This document shows, one piece after another, positions 23,193-37,362 of a stretch of 64,000 nucleotides of DNA (the stretch's first letter is position 1; each line of letters opens with the position of its first letter). Origin of the DNA: Tubulanus polymorphus. Lineage: Eukaryota > Animalia > Nemertea. A model generated the notes under the pieces. The model did no database searches and was not told the origin of the DNA. It saw only the letters and a list, made by a program, of their open reading frames with translations. Position numbers and translations under genes: made by a program. The stretch covers positions 7,476,914-7,540,913 of the forward strand of contig NC_134034.1 of the NCBI RefSeq assembly GCF_964204645.1, in the 5' to 3' direction.

Positions 23193-24363
23193 ATTCCAAA
23201 TGTTAATACAGTTATCACCCTCCTCTGGCTTAATTATCTTCATGCATGTTTGTTTAAAAGTTTATGCATGTTTGTCTAAAGGTTTTATAAATCAAACTTT
23301 TCCAGTACCGGTTCTACCAACCACGTGTATGTAGTTCCATCTTTTTATTTTGTCTATGAAAAAATGCTTATCAAATAAATGTACATATATAGTTCAGAGA
23401 AAGTGAAAATTTTCAGATTTTGGCTATGATTGACAAGTTCAGCACCCAGTACCAACCAGTATATATTTGTGAACAATGATCTGATAAAACCATTGATTTG
23501 AAAACTTCAATAAAGTGTCCGTCTATAATTGTCAGAAGAAAAAGAATTGTTCTCTCTCTGTACTTCTCTATTGATTAGGACTAGACCACAGTTCATCATG
23601 GTAAATTGCTGTCCAAAAGTTATTGAAAATTGCATTGGTGACGAGTATGGTAAACGGAGAAAAATCATCAGTCCCGATCTTGCCTTCTTGTTTTCAAATA
23701 AACTTTCCTCTATAACTCAGATTTCCTCAGTCAGTATCGTCCAAATTGTAGAAATTTTTCTGGTCCCAAATTGGCAATTCTATTAAAACCACTTCTTGTA
23801 AAGTCTAAGTAAATCATCTGTAACGAAGTTCACTTAAACACATGAGTACGCCGACAACGACCTTTCTAGTCACCAACTATTAAGTATGTGGATGAGTCCA
23901 AATGCACTAGCCATAGTTCCTTACTACTTATACCGGTAGGTGGAAAGGTTTTATCTATGCCATATACATACAAGTTGCACACTGCTGCAGTCAATAAGTC
24001 AACAACTCTATATCTAAATGTATAGAAGCTTCAATAACGGTAATAAACTTCCTATTAAAATACCAATTAAGAACAAAAGCTTAAAAATTACAGTGATAAA
24101 ATAACATAACGAGACAATCGTCTTTTTAAGTCTTTGAGAGATGATAAATTGCTAAATTATTTTGTTAAAACATAAACAAGAAAAATAAAGCTTATAAAAT
24201 AGATTTCTCGATTGTCAGCAACTACAAGAATTAACGATGAACTCAATCATACAGCTGCTGACAATCGAGAATTGACTTACTACAGTAAACTATACAAGGT
24301 CTACTATTTAAAATCAAGAAACGGGACCTGTGATTTACTCCTGACTACTGAGACCAATCCAAA

Positions 24364-24840
24364 CTAGGTAGAATTTACTGTAATTTTATGCACATCAACC
24401 TCTTCACGAGTCTGGGACTTCTGAATATTGGAAAACGACGACGACGATGACGACAGAACTACACTTGGTCTTACGAATGGCCGACACCCAATATATTCAT
24501 CAAGATCATCATAGTACTTGCAATATTTAGGATCAACTCCCGTCTTTCTGTTGTGTTTTACGCAATTCTTGTACGGCGTTAGAATATTGTTCCACTTCAT
24601 TTTGAGTTGAATCCACGTGTAACAATATTTTATATTTAGTTTCTGCATATTCGAAGCTATTAATCCCCACACATACATGTTTTTTTTAAATAGTTTTCTT
24701 GTCGTTCATTTTGCTGCTATACTTTTTGTGAAGTTTAATAATAACGATTATATAATAACGAATAATAACAATTAATAAACGGACAGCCCCATCAGGCATT
24801 TCTTCTTTCTTTTTATTTGCAGCTTCACATGCACCACCCT
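24364..24840 (-). pseudogene. Myb/SANT (trihelix) DNA-binding partner gene of the Harbinger
   Basis: VWGLIA..M......T..Q...KWNN....YK...HN.KTG......YYDDLD motif, convergent with the transposase as is usual for Harbinger. Confidence 0.75.
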
Positions 24841-24987
24841 CTGAAAGACAACAATGCGGTTTAAATGAACATGTACATGTATGAAACAGGGTGACTGAAG
24901 CATAATTAATTTCAGTAAGGAATAAGTACCTCTATAGTCTATCCCAGTAGTTATGACCGCGGTGCATCAAAGAGTTGTTACACTAAC

Positions 24988-25212
24988 TGTCAGGAAGGCA
25001 TAAATAACTAACATATAACGAATTCCATTCAACGTATATACGTACAAGGTTTATTAGAGTAATTTCATACACTTCCACCCTGCTTGCGAGAGCTCTAGCA
25101 CACACACCATACAACGCCCTCTACAACACAACCGCGCATGTCACGCGGGAAAATAATAATAACGCGAAAATAATAATACAATATAATTCGTGGCGGGAAA
25201 ATATTCCCGACA
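24988..25212 (-). repeat. Bel2 3' LTR (225 bp)
   Basis: Both ends match the 59-bp shortened 5' LTR at 50395-50453. Confidence 0.85.
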
Positions 25213-25481
25213 TACTCCGGGCACTTAAGGTAATCTACATACATCAACTAACAATTATAACTAAATATTAATTAACCAGCAATAAGTAAATTCCAAATCT
25301 TATCCGTTAACACATCACATAATACGATTAATACAACGAATAATCACAACATTATTTAATACACAAATTCAATACAAGAATACTTCAGAAAATACGCAAA
25401 ATTATAAACCAAAACAGCGGTATGTGTGGTGCCTAAAAAGGCTCCACGATTGACTTATAACACAAGACACAATAATCGCAA

Positions 25482-26640
25482 CTAATCGCTTTCGCTTTCA
25501 CGGTGCTCCGCGGTTTGTCTGATCCTCTGACGTGCTATTTCGGCAGCACGGCGCTGCGGGCGCGGCGAACGTTCCTCACGTACACTATCGTCATCCTCCG
25601 AACGGTTTTCTAAATTAAACGATCGGTCGGCACGGATCTCCAACGGATATGATTTTATGAGAGGTCTGTTGGTGACCCCTGTAGCCATTTTAAGTTGTAC
25701 AGAACGAACGATGTTATCGGCACCGAAATTAAGTTTAGTTACTGTCGCAAGTTTCCACGCGATTCGCGGTCCATCGTTATGAATCAGAACTACGTCCCCG
25801 ATTTTCACTGAAATTTCTCTAGTTCCTGACCGTGCGTGAGATTCGCGCAAAGCGGTCAAGCACTCCTGTTGCCACCTTTTAACGAAGTGTTGACGGTGTT
25901 TAGCCCTTGATCGCGTAATATCTTCGTTGAAATCTGCATCTCGTATATCCTCAACATCTACAATCGGATACGGTACCGTGGATATGCGTCTTCCCTGGAA
26001 CAACTGAGACGGAGTAATTGGATTGGGTTCATTTATCTCGCTTGGAACATACGTTAAAGGTCTATCATTCATAATGGCTTCGATTTCGACGACCAAAGCG
26101 GTTAATTCATCACGATCTAATTTATTTCGGTTCAACATTTTTTTAAATAAGCGTTTTGTCATGCCGATTAAACGTTCGCATAGACAGCCAAACCAAGGGG
26201 CTCTTTTCGGTATAAAACGCCACTCACATGATTTAGCTGATAAGTAATTCACAATATCATCACTTTGACATAATTTCTTTAAAATACTAGCACTACACTC
26301 AAATGTTGTGGCATTATCAGATAACATAAGACTAGGGACTGATCGACGGCTACAAAATTTTCTAAAAGCCAACATAAACGAGTGTGTTGATAAATCAGGT
26401 GTAACCTCTAAATGAATGCGACGCGTCAAAGCGCACGTAAACAAACAAATGTACGATACAGTATTCATTTTACAATAGATAACTCCCGTGTAGTCAACTC
26501 CCGTAACCGAAAAAGGTGGAGCATCTTAAACCCTATAGGTTTGTAACGGAGGAGGGTCAGGATATAAGTAAGGTTTACCCTGGTCTCTCTTACAGGTTAT
26601 ACACTTACTGAGTACTTTCTTAGTTAACTGTCTTAATTTG
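25482..26640 (-). pseudogene. Bel2 integrase
   Basis: TGVDY, YICLFTC, LSDNA, APWFG..ERLIG motifs. Confidence 0.88.
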
Positions 26641-26680
26641 GGAATCCAAACTCCTTGTCTTACTCTTGTCATAGTATCCG

Positions 26681-28263
26681 TCATCTGGCTATGTATTTTT
26701 TTCGATCAGCGTCATAAGTCAAAAGGTCCTCGCAATAATCATAAACTGCCGAGGTTTCAGGTGAGTCATCGGGATGCTGTATGCCTAGGGATTCAAGAGT
26801 CCAAAAATCATGGTACTGGGTCGCCTCAGTGTCATCTAGCGTTGTTAACGTACTGAGAAATGAAGAAATGCTAGTTTGAGAAAAATCCGCCACAGGGCCA
26901 CTAACAAAATACCCAACCTTGGACTCTAACGCAATAGGACCATAGCTTATTATCCGGGCGGATCTGATACTCCATAACAAAATCGTAATAAAAATCACAA
27001 CCTATCAATAAATCAATTGAAAATGTCTCATCATCATCAATAGGATGAGCTAAGATTAAACCTTGTAGATAATTGTAATCTTTAAGTATGGTTCTATCAC
27101 CAAGACTAATAGGTTGTGCTATTTGTGGCACCACTAAAGCTTCAATGTTTATTATGGATTGATCGGTACGCTTGACCTTTAAACTGACGACGTCCAGACA
27201 ACGGATTTGTGGATTTGAATTGACACCACCAAAACCAGTAATATTTATCTGATCAGCTCGAATGGGTTTCAAGCCTAAAAAATCAACCAAAGATCTATTG
27301 ACAAACGTCCTCTGAGAACCGTCGACAAATAAAGCGCCAATTTCAGTTGAATAATCTTTGCTAAAAACATGAATAACAGCCGTTTTTAAAGGAACACAAT
27401 TATTAAAACGCTGAGAACATTGAGTCGATCTGTCAACCTTTGGCGTTGAATAAACATTATTTCGTTGAGGACCAACTTTATGTAGAGAACTATTGTGGCC
27501 TTTATGATTCTGGCTACGCGCCGGTGAACCCAGTTGCAAATTTTGAGTATGTTTATGATCGTTCGAGCCTACCGAATTAGAATTATTAGAAACACAAATA
27601 CTGCTATGATGCTTTTTCCTACAAAATTTGCACCTAGTTTCTGATTTACAGTTAAGGGATATATGTCCTGTAAGTAAACAGTTGAAACGAAGACGATTTT
27701 CTCGTATAAATTTCACCTTGGCTTCTACATCATATTTTATTCATTTTATAGATGAGTGTTTCGCTCCACAATATACACAATTTCGAGAAGAAAACGGATA
27801 TTTATCCACCTGCCCTGATGCAATAAACACAGAGGCTTCAAAATCAGGCTTTACAGAGGTTTTGTTAAATTCAAGTATATCCAATTCATTCTTTAAGCAT
27901 ATTAATAAATTCGGGAATGACCAAATAGTCGAATTCCGACCCCGGGTCATATTTTGTACTAATGTGACTGGCAACCGTTCAAGCAAGACCAGAATCAATA
28001 ATTCACCATAACTGTCTGGAGTTTTTCCAAGACCTTCGAGCAATCGGACATATAAAATAAGCTTATCGTAGAATGCTCGAATGCTAGCTGCGGTATTAGA
28101 TGGCTCGGTTAACTCTAATAGAGCTTTCATATAGGCTGATATTAAGCGCGAAGTTTCCCCAAATCGTGACTTCAGTAGATCAACGGCAATTGTGTAGTTA
28201 TCGGCGGAGGTCGATATACAAGAATAAGCTTCATCGGACAAACATGAACGCAAATATATATCG
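26681..28263 (-). pseudogene. Bel2 gag C-terminus, zinc knuckles and protease
   Basis: ORFs 27741..28253, 26901..27716 (VDGSQRT, IDLLIGCD) and 26681..26998. No RT follows. Confidence 0.82.
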
Positions 28264-29026
28264 GAATATTATGGAAGACCTCAGACGACATACGAGATAT
28301 GAGATATAACATACGAGATATGAGATGCAACATACGAGATACGACATATGACATGCGAGATACGACTTATTTACAGTACGGGTGTCCGTCCGCTAGCGCC
28401 ACCGCAGTGTATGTTTTTTCAATATTTACTGCATATAAATCGTTTAATACGGTGACTCGTACAGTCATCGTCAATTATATGAAACCAACATAGTCAACAT
28501 TTTATTCAAACCAGAAATATATTTCTTTTGGATAATGGACACCTGGACCGGACACAACGATATTAGGCCATACTGTGAACACCCTGGACTAGGCGCGCCG
28601 GCCGTTCCTCTCCCGCAGGCGACAAAGTTTTTCAAATCAAAAGATTTTCAAAAGATATCAAACTGTTCAAGTTCATAATATTATGCTATTTCTTGTCTTC
28701 CTTTGGTCTGAAAACGGCCTGGTGTTCAGGAGCCGGAGTTCCGGTTACTCACTGCAGAAAAAATAACTATGTTAACCGCCCGCTAGATCGCCGGCTTTTC
28801 TGCATTAGAAATCAAAATTCTAAAAAAAAACTCCGCAGCCGGAAATCCCGGCCCTCTAGTGTACGCCTCGGCTGTTTGACACCCCTGCCTGAGTTCTTGA
28901 ATCCCAAACAACCCGGGAACCCGTACATCGCCCTGGTATCCAGATTAAGAACTCCCGTGCTCTCTCTCAAGGTTTGAAATCCCCAGCTAAATTCCATCCC
29001 TATCGAGCTACCGGGGCTGACTGGTG

Positions 29027-29393
29027 AGTAATAGGGAATATCTTGTTTCATACCAAAGGTCGAAAGGTCGAGCTCATAAAAAATGAAAAATATGAAAATA
29101 ATAATAATTTCTATTTGAATTAGGAGTGAAACTCATATAAAATGAAAAATAAATTCGAGTGTGCGAACCTTTGATATGAAACAAGATATTCCCTATTACT
29201 CTTAAAATATTCATATATATGAATAAAATATAAATGAATAACTTCTAAAATCAATTTTAATAAAAAATTTAGTATTAAAATGGAAGCAAATAAGTACTAC
29301 TGCCCAACATGTAATATCAATATAGATAAATCCCAAAAAGCAAGACACAATAAAACGAAAACACATTTAGAGAATAAATTGAAACTAGAATAT
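29027..29393 (+). repeat. Left TIR of B (367 bp) including a 174-bp partly deleted terminal palindrome and the first 38 pPolB codons
   Basis: Reverse complement of 48247-48708 apart from a 95-bp deletion and an inverted palindrome centre. Confidence 0.92.
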
Positions 29394-32300
29394 AAAGATG
29401 ATATATTAGAAACTAAATTAGATGAATTAAAGAATGAAAAAGAAACATACAAATGTGATACATGTAATCAATCATTCAGTGATAAAAGATATTATAAAGA
29501 ACATTTAAAATCTAAAAGTCATATTAGAAATAAGAATAATGATATTTTAGGTGAAGATTATTTTGATAAAGATAATGATAAGAAACAGAAGACAATTAAA
29601 AGCATAAAAAATAAATTAAAAAATAAAAGACCATACATGGAAGATGTAAGAAATTATATTAATTCATTAGATAATAAAAAAGATATAGAGATAACCGAAG
29701 CATTTAAAAGTGATATTGGCCCAGCAGCTATCGAGTTTAAATTTCATAAAGGAAAAACATTAGAAGAAAATAAAAAACATTTAGAAAATATGAAAAATAT
29801 TATAAAAATAATTACTGATGTTGAATATCCTAAAATAAGTATATCAGTTAAAGTAAAGTTTATAAAATCTGAAGATAAACCAATATATAATATAAATTCT
29901 CATTCACAACATATTATATCTAAACAACATATAGATGATAAATTAGATAAATGTTATAATGAAGTAAAAACTAAAATAGAAGAGAAATATTTTGAAGGAT
30001 CTGGTTTAATATTTGATGAAATAATATTTATGACTTTACATGTTTATAACACAAAATATAATAAGTTAACTAAATCAAAACCAATTGATGAAAATAATCT
30101 ATCATATTATAAAGAACCAGATATTGAAGCATCGAGTTATATTAAACTACCATTTAAAACTAATGCTGTAATAAATGTACAAAATGAAGATGATAAATGT
30201 TTTCTATGGGCAATTATAAGTTGTTTACACCCAGTTATAGATTATAAACAACATAGTTTTAGATTAACTCATTATAAACCATTTGAAAATAATTATAAGA
30301 TAGATAAGTATCCTGTTATAATTAAAAACATCCCAAAAATAGAAAGAGATAATAATATAAAGATAAATGTATTTGATTTAATCAAATTTCCAAATACAAA
30401 AGGTAACAATATAAAACATTATACATTAGAACCTTTATACCTATCAAAAGATTATGATTCAAACGATGTTATAGATATACTATATTATGAGAATCATTAT
30501 ATGTGGATTAAAAGAATCGATTTATTTTTTAGATCAGAAAATGGTTTCGATAATAAAATATATCTATGTCGAAAATGTTTACATAAATTCAGAACTGAAA
30601 GTGCATTATTAAATAATAAACAATTATGTGAAAATCATGATTATTGTAAATTAGTTTTACCAAATGAAAAGGATAAAATATTAGAATTCAAAAAATATGA
30701 TTACAAAAATAAAGTACCATTTGTAATATATGGAGATTTTGAATCATTCAATAAAGAATTAACTGATCAAGATAGAAAAGAAATATATTATAAAAGAAAA
30801 AAATTAAATTCTAATGAAAATGATTTTTCAGATGAACCACCAAAAACAATACTATCAAAAAGATTCATCAATCAGCTGCTGCTTTCGGGTTATATATTAA
30901 ATCTGATTATCCAGAACTAATTGAAAGTGAATATTATCATTACAGAAATGAAAATGTTATCAATCATTTTTGTGACTTATTAATTGAATATGAAATAAGA
31001 TTTAGTAAATTATTGAATACAAATATAGAAATTATAATGACAGAAGAAGATAAAGAAGCATTTGAGTTTGCAGATAAATGTTTTTATTGTGAAAAGATAT
31101 TTAATTATAAAGATAAAAAAGTAAGAGACCATGATCATTTGAACGGAAAGTTTAGAGGCGCTGCACATGAGAATTGTAACTTACAAGCTAAGAAAATTAA
31201 CTTTGTACCAGTTATATTTCATAATCTATCAGTATATGATGCACATTTATTCATCAAAAAGTTATGCCATAAAATAGAAGAAATTAATAATGAAATAGAA
31301 AGATTAAATTCAAATAGATCAAAAGATAAAATACCAACTTATAAACTTAGAATGTTAGCTAAAACATCTGAGAATTATATATCATTCCAATTTGGTTGCC
31401 TAAGATTTAAAGATTCATATAGATTTTTAAATAGTTCATTAGATAACTTATCAAAATCATTAGTTGATGATGAATTAAAAATATTAAAGCAACATTTACC
31501 AAATAATGATGATTTTCAATTAATGAGATATAAAGGAGGAATTCCATTTTCATTTCATAAATCACATAATGATTTTAACATAACTGAATTATTGAAAGAA
31601 CAATTCTATGATGAATTAAAAAATGAATATGTTAAAGATGAAGTATATAATAGAACATTGAATATTTGGAATCATTTCAAAATAGAAAATCATGGGCAAT
31701 TAGTAGATATATATTTAAAATCAGATGTATTATTATTAACCGATATATTCGACAGGTTTAGAGATGTAAACCTAAAATATTTTAACATTGATCCTTGCCA
31801 TTGTTATTCATCACCAAGTTTAACATGGGATTGTGGATTAAACTTTACAGATCTAAAAATGGATTTGTTAACAAATATAGATCAATTACTATTATTTGAA
31901 AAATCTATAAGAGGAGGAGTTTCAGGTGTATTAGGTGATAGATATTTCAATGTAAATGATAACCCTGGATATAAGTTATTATATATAGATGCAAATAATT
32001 TGTATGGTTGGGCAATGATGGAACCTCAACCTTATGGAGTATTTGAATTAACTGAAGTTTTACAGAATGAAAATAATGATAAATTTGATTGGAAGAAAAG
32101 AATTCTAGATATTGCAGATGATTCAGATACTGGTTACTTCTTTGTTGTAGATTTAGAATATCCTGAAGATAAAAAATTTAAATCTAGAAATCTAGCATAC
32201 TGCCCCGAACATAAAACTGTAACTCATGAAGAATTATCAAATTACCAAAAAAGAATTAAACCCGAAAATCATATTCATACAGAAAAGTTAATGGTAACTC

Positions 32301-33323
32301 AAGAAGATAAATATAATTATGTAGTACATTATAGAATGTTAAAGTTTTATCTAAAACAAGGAATGATCCTAAAAAAAGTACATAGATATATTTCATTTAG
32401 TCAATCTAAATGGTTAGAAAAATATATAGATTTTAACACCAAACAGAGAACTGAAGCTAAAACTGATTTCGAAAAAGATTTCTTCAAGTTAATGAATAAT
32501 GCATTCTATGGTAAGACTTGTGAAAATATTAGAAATAGAAATGATATTGAGTTAGTAAGTAATGGTAAAAGAATTAGACATTTACAATCATATGCTAAGT
32601 TTTTAGGTAACAGAATATTTGATGAAAATTTAGCTGCAGTTAAGATGAGAAGAACATCTATGAAATTTAATAAACCAATCTATGTTGGCGCTTCAGTTTT
32701 AGAATTATCAAAATTACTAATGTATGAATTCTATTATAATATATTACAACCACTTTTTGGAGAAAAACATATAGAAATATTATATTTTGATACTGACAGT
32801 CACATATTAAAGATAAAAACTGATAACATAACTGATGATTTAAAAACATTAAAACATCATTTTGATTTCAGTAATTATCCTAAAAATCATGAATTGTTTA
32901 GCAATGATAATAAAAAAGTTCCCGGGTAAATTCAAAGATGAATTAGGTGGTGAAGAAATGATTGAATTCATTGGTATTAGATCTAAAATGTATTCATATA
33001 AAACTAAAGAACATGAAGCTAAAAAGTTAAAAGGAATAACAAAAAGTGTAGTAGAAAAGAATATTCATTTCAAAGATTACATCAATTGTATATTCAATGA
33101 AGAAGTTAGAAAACATAAGATGAGATGTTTAAGATCTGAAGATCATGAAATGTTTATTGAAGAAATTGAAAAGATAAGTCTAAACCCATTTGATGATAAA
33201 AGATATATTTTAGATGATGGAATTCATACAGTTGCTTATGGTTGTAATTTAGATGAATACTTAAAATTTAAAAGAGAAGAAACAAAAGAGAACGAGATAA
33301 TGAAAATAATTCTAACGTGTTAA
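29280..33323 (+). pseudogene. Protein-primed family B DNA polymerase with N-terminal zinc fingers and an endonuclease VII-like Zn domain
   Basis: YGDFES exo I, CFYC..VRDHDH..G.FRGAAH..CN, FHNL..YD, YIDANNLYG, KLMNNAFYGKT, YFDTDS motifs. Frameshifts at ~30860 and ~32925. Confidence 0.95.
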
Positions 33324-33352
33324 TCAAATTTTAATAAAAATATGTATTATAA

Positions 33353-33708
33353 ATGGAGAGTAAACAAGCACACAGCGAGAACAACAAAACATTTCTAGAT
33401 AGAATAAAAGATACTTCAAATGTCAAATCAGTAGATTATAAATTTAAGAAGTTAAAAGAATTAATAATCCATAAGAAATATCTAATTACAAATATCGATA
33501 CAGTTACTAACAAATATGGAGATAAATTAGTTATACACTTAGAATATGAAGGATTAAAAGGAAAATACATATAAATTCAGAACATATTTACCGGATAGAT
33601 TTCATAGATTATCAAGTGAAGATTTAGAAGAATTATGTTCTGGAGATTTCTATTTCGTATACAAAGGTAAGAATGAAAAAGGGCATCATGAAATAGATTT
33701 CGAATAAG
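33353..33708 (+). pseudogene. Small beta-rich protein (KYG...LP.RF family; possible ssDNA-binding OB fold)
   Basis: ORF 33353..33574 continues past the stop as ...LPDRF...FVYKGK. Function is a guess. Confidence 0.45.
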
Positions 33709-33724
33709 AAAATATGTAAAATAA

Positions 33725-34480
33725 ATGGTAGAATTAAAAGAATACAGAATATTTGTTGATTCAAGAAAACTTACTAATTATAAATCTCATAATTTACTAA
33801 TACAATTAGATAGAGAATTCAAGAATTGTGTTGATTTAAAATTAGTTAATATAAGTTTATGTAATTCTTTTCATAATATATCGAATAAAAGTCTTGATCA
33901 TTTAGCTTTTAAAATTTATGTTAGAAATTTGAATAAATGGTTTCATCTTTATCTAAAACCAGGATTATATAATTTAGGAACATTAGCGCAAGAAATTAAT
34001 AAAAGAGCTCGTTTAAAAATGGGTGCAGCTGCTAGATCTGAAATTAGATTTATTAAAAGTGATAGTTCTAATAAAATAAGAATAAAGTTAACTAATGAAC
34101 AACATAGATTTCTAGTAAGAAAACCTTTAGCTAAACTGTTTGGAATTCTTCCGGATAGACATTATTCAAGTGTTGAAACTTATACAAATATAATGACTTT
34201 TACACACTTTTATATTTATTGCAATTTAATTAATCCTACAAAAACATTTGAAGCAACTAAAGATACAATTTGTAATTCTAGTATATTAAATATTTTACCA
34301 TTAAAAAATGTTAAACAATTTGGAACGCAAATAAATTATAATTTAGCTGAATGTGATTTTAAACCTTGTATTCCACATTTCAATAATTTTAAATTAGAAA
34401 TAAGAAATCATTATGGATATTTAATTGATTTGAATAACTTTCCTGTGATATATGAATTAGTTATAAGATGTAAAGAGTAA
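33725..34480 (+). CDS. Minor capsid (penton, single jelly-roll) protein
   Basis: FVDSR...I.L......LV.ISL.NSF.NI, PG.Y, YIYCNLI and IRN..G.LIDLN pattern typical of Polinton pentons. Confidence 0.75.
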   Translation: MVELKEYRIFVDSRKLTNYKSHNLLIQLDREFKNCVDLKLVNISLCNSFHNISNKSLDHLAFKIYVRNLNKWFHLYLKPGLYNLGTLAQEINKRARLKMGAAARSEIRFIKSDSSNKIRIKLTNEQHRFLVRKPLAKLFGILPDRHYSSVETYTNIMTFTHFYIYCNLINPTKTFEATKDTICNSSILNILPLKNVKQFGTQINYNLAECDFKPCIPHFNNFKLEIRNHYGYLIDLNNFPVIYELVIRCKE

Positions 34481-34496
34481 TTTTTTCACTATATAG

Positions 34497-34830
34497 ATGA
34501 ATATAACTGTTGGACCGAGTATATGTTTTGGATTTGATTTTAAACGTGAGAAAGAAATGAAATTTAACGTTAATGATGAAATTACACATATTAAAAATAT
34601 TGCATTTTCTAATGAAACAACATTTGAGTATGAAACAACAATAGATAAAGAAACTTTAAATGTAGAAAAGATTACTAATTTAATCTTTAAGATTTTATGA
34701 ATTAGATGAAGATTTTATCATCGATGATATTAAAAAAATAATAATTGAAATATATACAAATGAAACTAGTAATGAAATAAATGTTGAATTAACCATGAAT
34801 AAGATAACTAAATATTTTGATGATAGTAAT
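34497..34830 (+). pseudogene. Small acidic protein of unknown function
   Basis: ORF 34497..34700 with a probable frameshifted continuation. Confidence 0.4.
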
Positions 34831-34844
34831 TTTTTGATAAATAA

Positions 34845-35070
34845 ATGAGTGATAATAAGTGGATAATAACTGGATTATATAATGGCGCATTACTATCAGT
34901 TGGAACTGTTGGTTATTCAATGGTATTAAAAAAAGTATTCAAAATGGGAAGTGTTAATGTTGATAGATTTGATATAAATGATATTTTAAAATTAACATTA
35001 GCAGTTACTTTAATTTAACTATTGATTATTTAGAAAAAACAAAAATATATTCCTCCCATATAAATGCATA
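34845..35070 (+). pseudogene. Small hydrophobic (two-helix) protein
   Basis: TAAATG start; reads ...YNGALLSVGTVGYSMVLKKVFKMG...ILKLTLAVT with frameshifts. Confidence 0.55.
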
Positions 35071-35088
35071 ATTTTTTTTGCTAAATAA

Positions 35089-35483
35089 ACGGCTTCTGCA
35101 ATTATAACTATTATAGGATCGGCAATTGTTAACGCTTTAGCATTTATTGGTGGTGGTTATTTATTCAAGCATATTGATAAAAATAGTTCATTAGGAGAAC
35201 AAAGAAGACATAATTTAGCATTAGAGAAATATAATAAAGCAGCAGAAGAATATAGAGAAAAGAGGCAAAACTATATGGATTATATTAACAAGGAATTATA
35301 TGATCAGAAGATTTCACACGGAGATTTTCAATCAGTTGATGATGCAATGAGTTTATATAACGCGGTAACCAAAAAAGAAAAATTACATCTATACAAACCT
35401 TAATTATCTGATTATTATACTTGATAATTTGGATTTTAGGAGGAACTGTTATTGTTATATTTGTTGCTTATAAGTTTACTAAT
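35089..35483 (+). pseudogene. Hydrophobic N-terminus plus coiled-coil virion-type protein (start codon mutated to ACG)
   Basis: (M)ASAIITIIGSAIVNALAFIGGGYLF...EQRRHNLALEKY follows TTTTTTTTGCTAAATAAACG. Confidence 0.6.
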
Positions 35484-35511
35484 TAATTATCTATTATTTT
35501 TTGTTAAATAA

Positions 35512-35946
35512 ATGGATGATAAAGTTAATAATATTGATATTATTCCTCATGATATAAATAAAACTAAATTAAAAACATATTTAGAAAAACAAATATTAGA
35601 ATTTGAAAGTGACTTAAAGATAAAAAAGAAAAAATATTTAAAAAGTAGAATTATATATTATCTTATTATAAGTGGTTCGGTTACAATTAGTTCTGTAATA
35701 ACATTTCTAGCAATATTCAGTCCATTAACACCTTTAGCTATATCAATTGGTGTATTAGGATTAAGTTCAAGTGTTTTAACCGGTATAAGTTCAAAATTAA
35801 ATATAAAAAGAAATAAAGAAAAAATTAAAACTAATATAAAAGAAATTAATAAATTAAAGAATACACTAGATTATATAATAAGTTTAAATGGCCATATAAC
35901 AGTTGAAGAACAAGATAAATTATTAAAAGAATTGATAAATTATTAA
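35512..35946 (+). CDS. Two-TM membrane protein flanked by basic coiled coils
   Basis: Two adjacent hydrophobic stretches in an intact 144-aa ORF. Confidence 0.7.
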   Translation: MDDKVNNIDIIPHDINKTKLKTYLEKQILEFESDLKIKKKKYLKSRIIYYLIISGSVTISSVITFLAIFSPLTPLAISIGVLGLSSSVLTGISSKLNIKRNKEKIKTNIKEINKLKNTLDYIISLNGHITVEEQDKLLKELINY

Positions 35947-35962
35947 TTTTTTAATTATATAA

Positions 35963-37346
35963 ATGGCAGATAGTTTTCCAAAAGCTTTCCAATATAATAA
36001 ATCAATTAAATATAATATTCCAGCAATAGATTTTAATAAAGATATTACATATAGAAATGAAGTTTTAGATTCATTAACTAGAAATTTATGTTACTGAAAC
36101 TAATAATTTTAATGCAAAGATGGAAAATATATTTCATGTATATTTAATTAATTTTAAAAAATTGAAAGATGAAAAACAGTGGTTATTAAAATCTAATATG
36201 AAGTATTGGCAGAACCAATTAAATTTTGCTGTTTATTGTGCAACAACAGGATGTGGAATTAGTTGGAATGATCATTTGAACAATTCTAATTATAAATTAA
36301 TTCAAAGTTTATTTAGATTTCATACATACTTTCAAATCAGAATAATATTAAATGAATTAGAGTGCGCTTTACCAGGATCTAGGTATTTAAAAGAATTAGA
36401 TAATAATATTAATTTATCAAAGTTTTATAAAATTTGTAATGAATTTAATATAGATATAAATAATTCTGATTTTAGAACAAAAATTGGAACAATAAGATCA
36501 CTTCCTTGCCCTAAAAAGATTGCAGAATATTGTGCACTTCCCATACCATCTAATAGTTTTTATAATATCTATAACAATAAATTAGGTTATGGTAAAATAG
36601 AAACAAAGGATTTAAGAACATTAAATTTCAATAAATTACCGAAATTTTATGATCATTTAAAACAAGAAAACAATAATGGTTGGGTTTATTTTATTTTAGA
36701 AAATAGTGAAGGTTTTACTAAATCAGGTATAGAAAGAATAAATCAATCTATTAGAACTTATTTGATATGTATTTTAGGTGCGCAAGTTGAAACAAGATCC
36801 CCAATAATTGGAAATTTAAATACATCATTTGATACACAGAAACAATTCAAAGTATTATTTGAAGATTCAATTCATAATGATAAAAATAGATCTATTCCAG
36901 AAAACATTGTAAGATATCAAAATTATTTAGATAAATCACATATTAGATTAAATTATTGTATAGGCCCTAATCTATTAATTATTTCTAATGATTTAGTACT
37001 AAAGATGGGAAATATAATTGGTTATAATAATCTAATTAAAACTGCAACAATAAATAATTCATTTGGATTAAATGATATAAATAAAAAGATTATTACTGCT
37101 CCAAAATTAATGGAAGGTGAAAAAAATAAAAAACATATTCAATCAACTGAAACTAAAACTAATAATATTAAATTAAATAATGATTCTAAAATAAAAGATT
37201 ACAATACATCAGAAAATATAAAAACTGATATTATTCAACATGATATAATTAAAACTAATGATGATAATAAATCCCATGAAAATACTAAATTAGCTATAAC
37301 TTGTATAGGAATTGTTATAGGAGGAATATTATATTTTAAATTTTAA
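35963..37346 (+). CDS. Conserved Polinton protein (YWQNQLNFAV.CATTGCG) with C-terminal TM; true start probably 35963 with a frameshift before 36120
   Basis: 408-aa ORF; upstream TAAATG-MADSF segment is conserved in copy A. Confidence 0.75.
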
Positions 37347-37362
37347 TTTTTATAAGATATAA

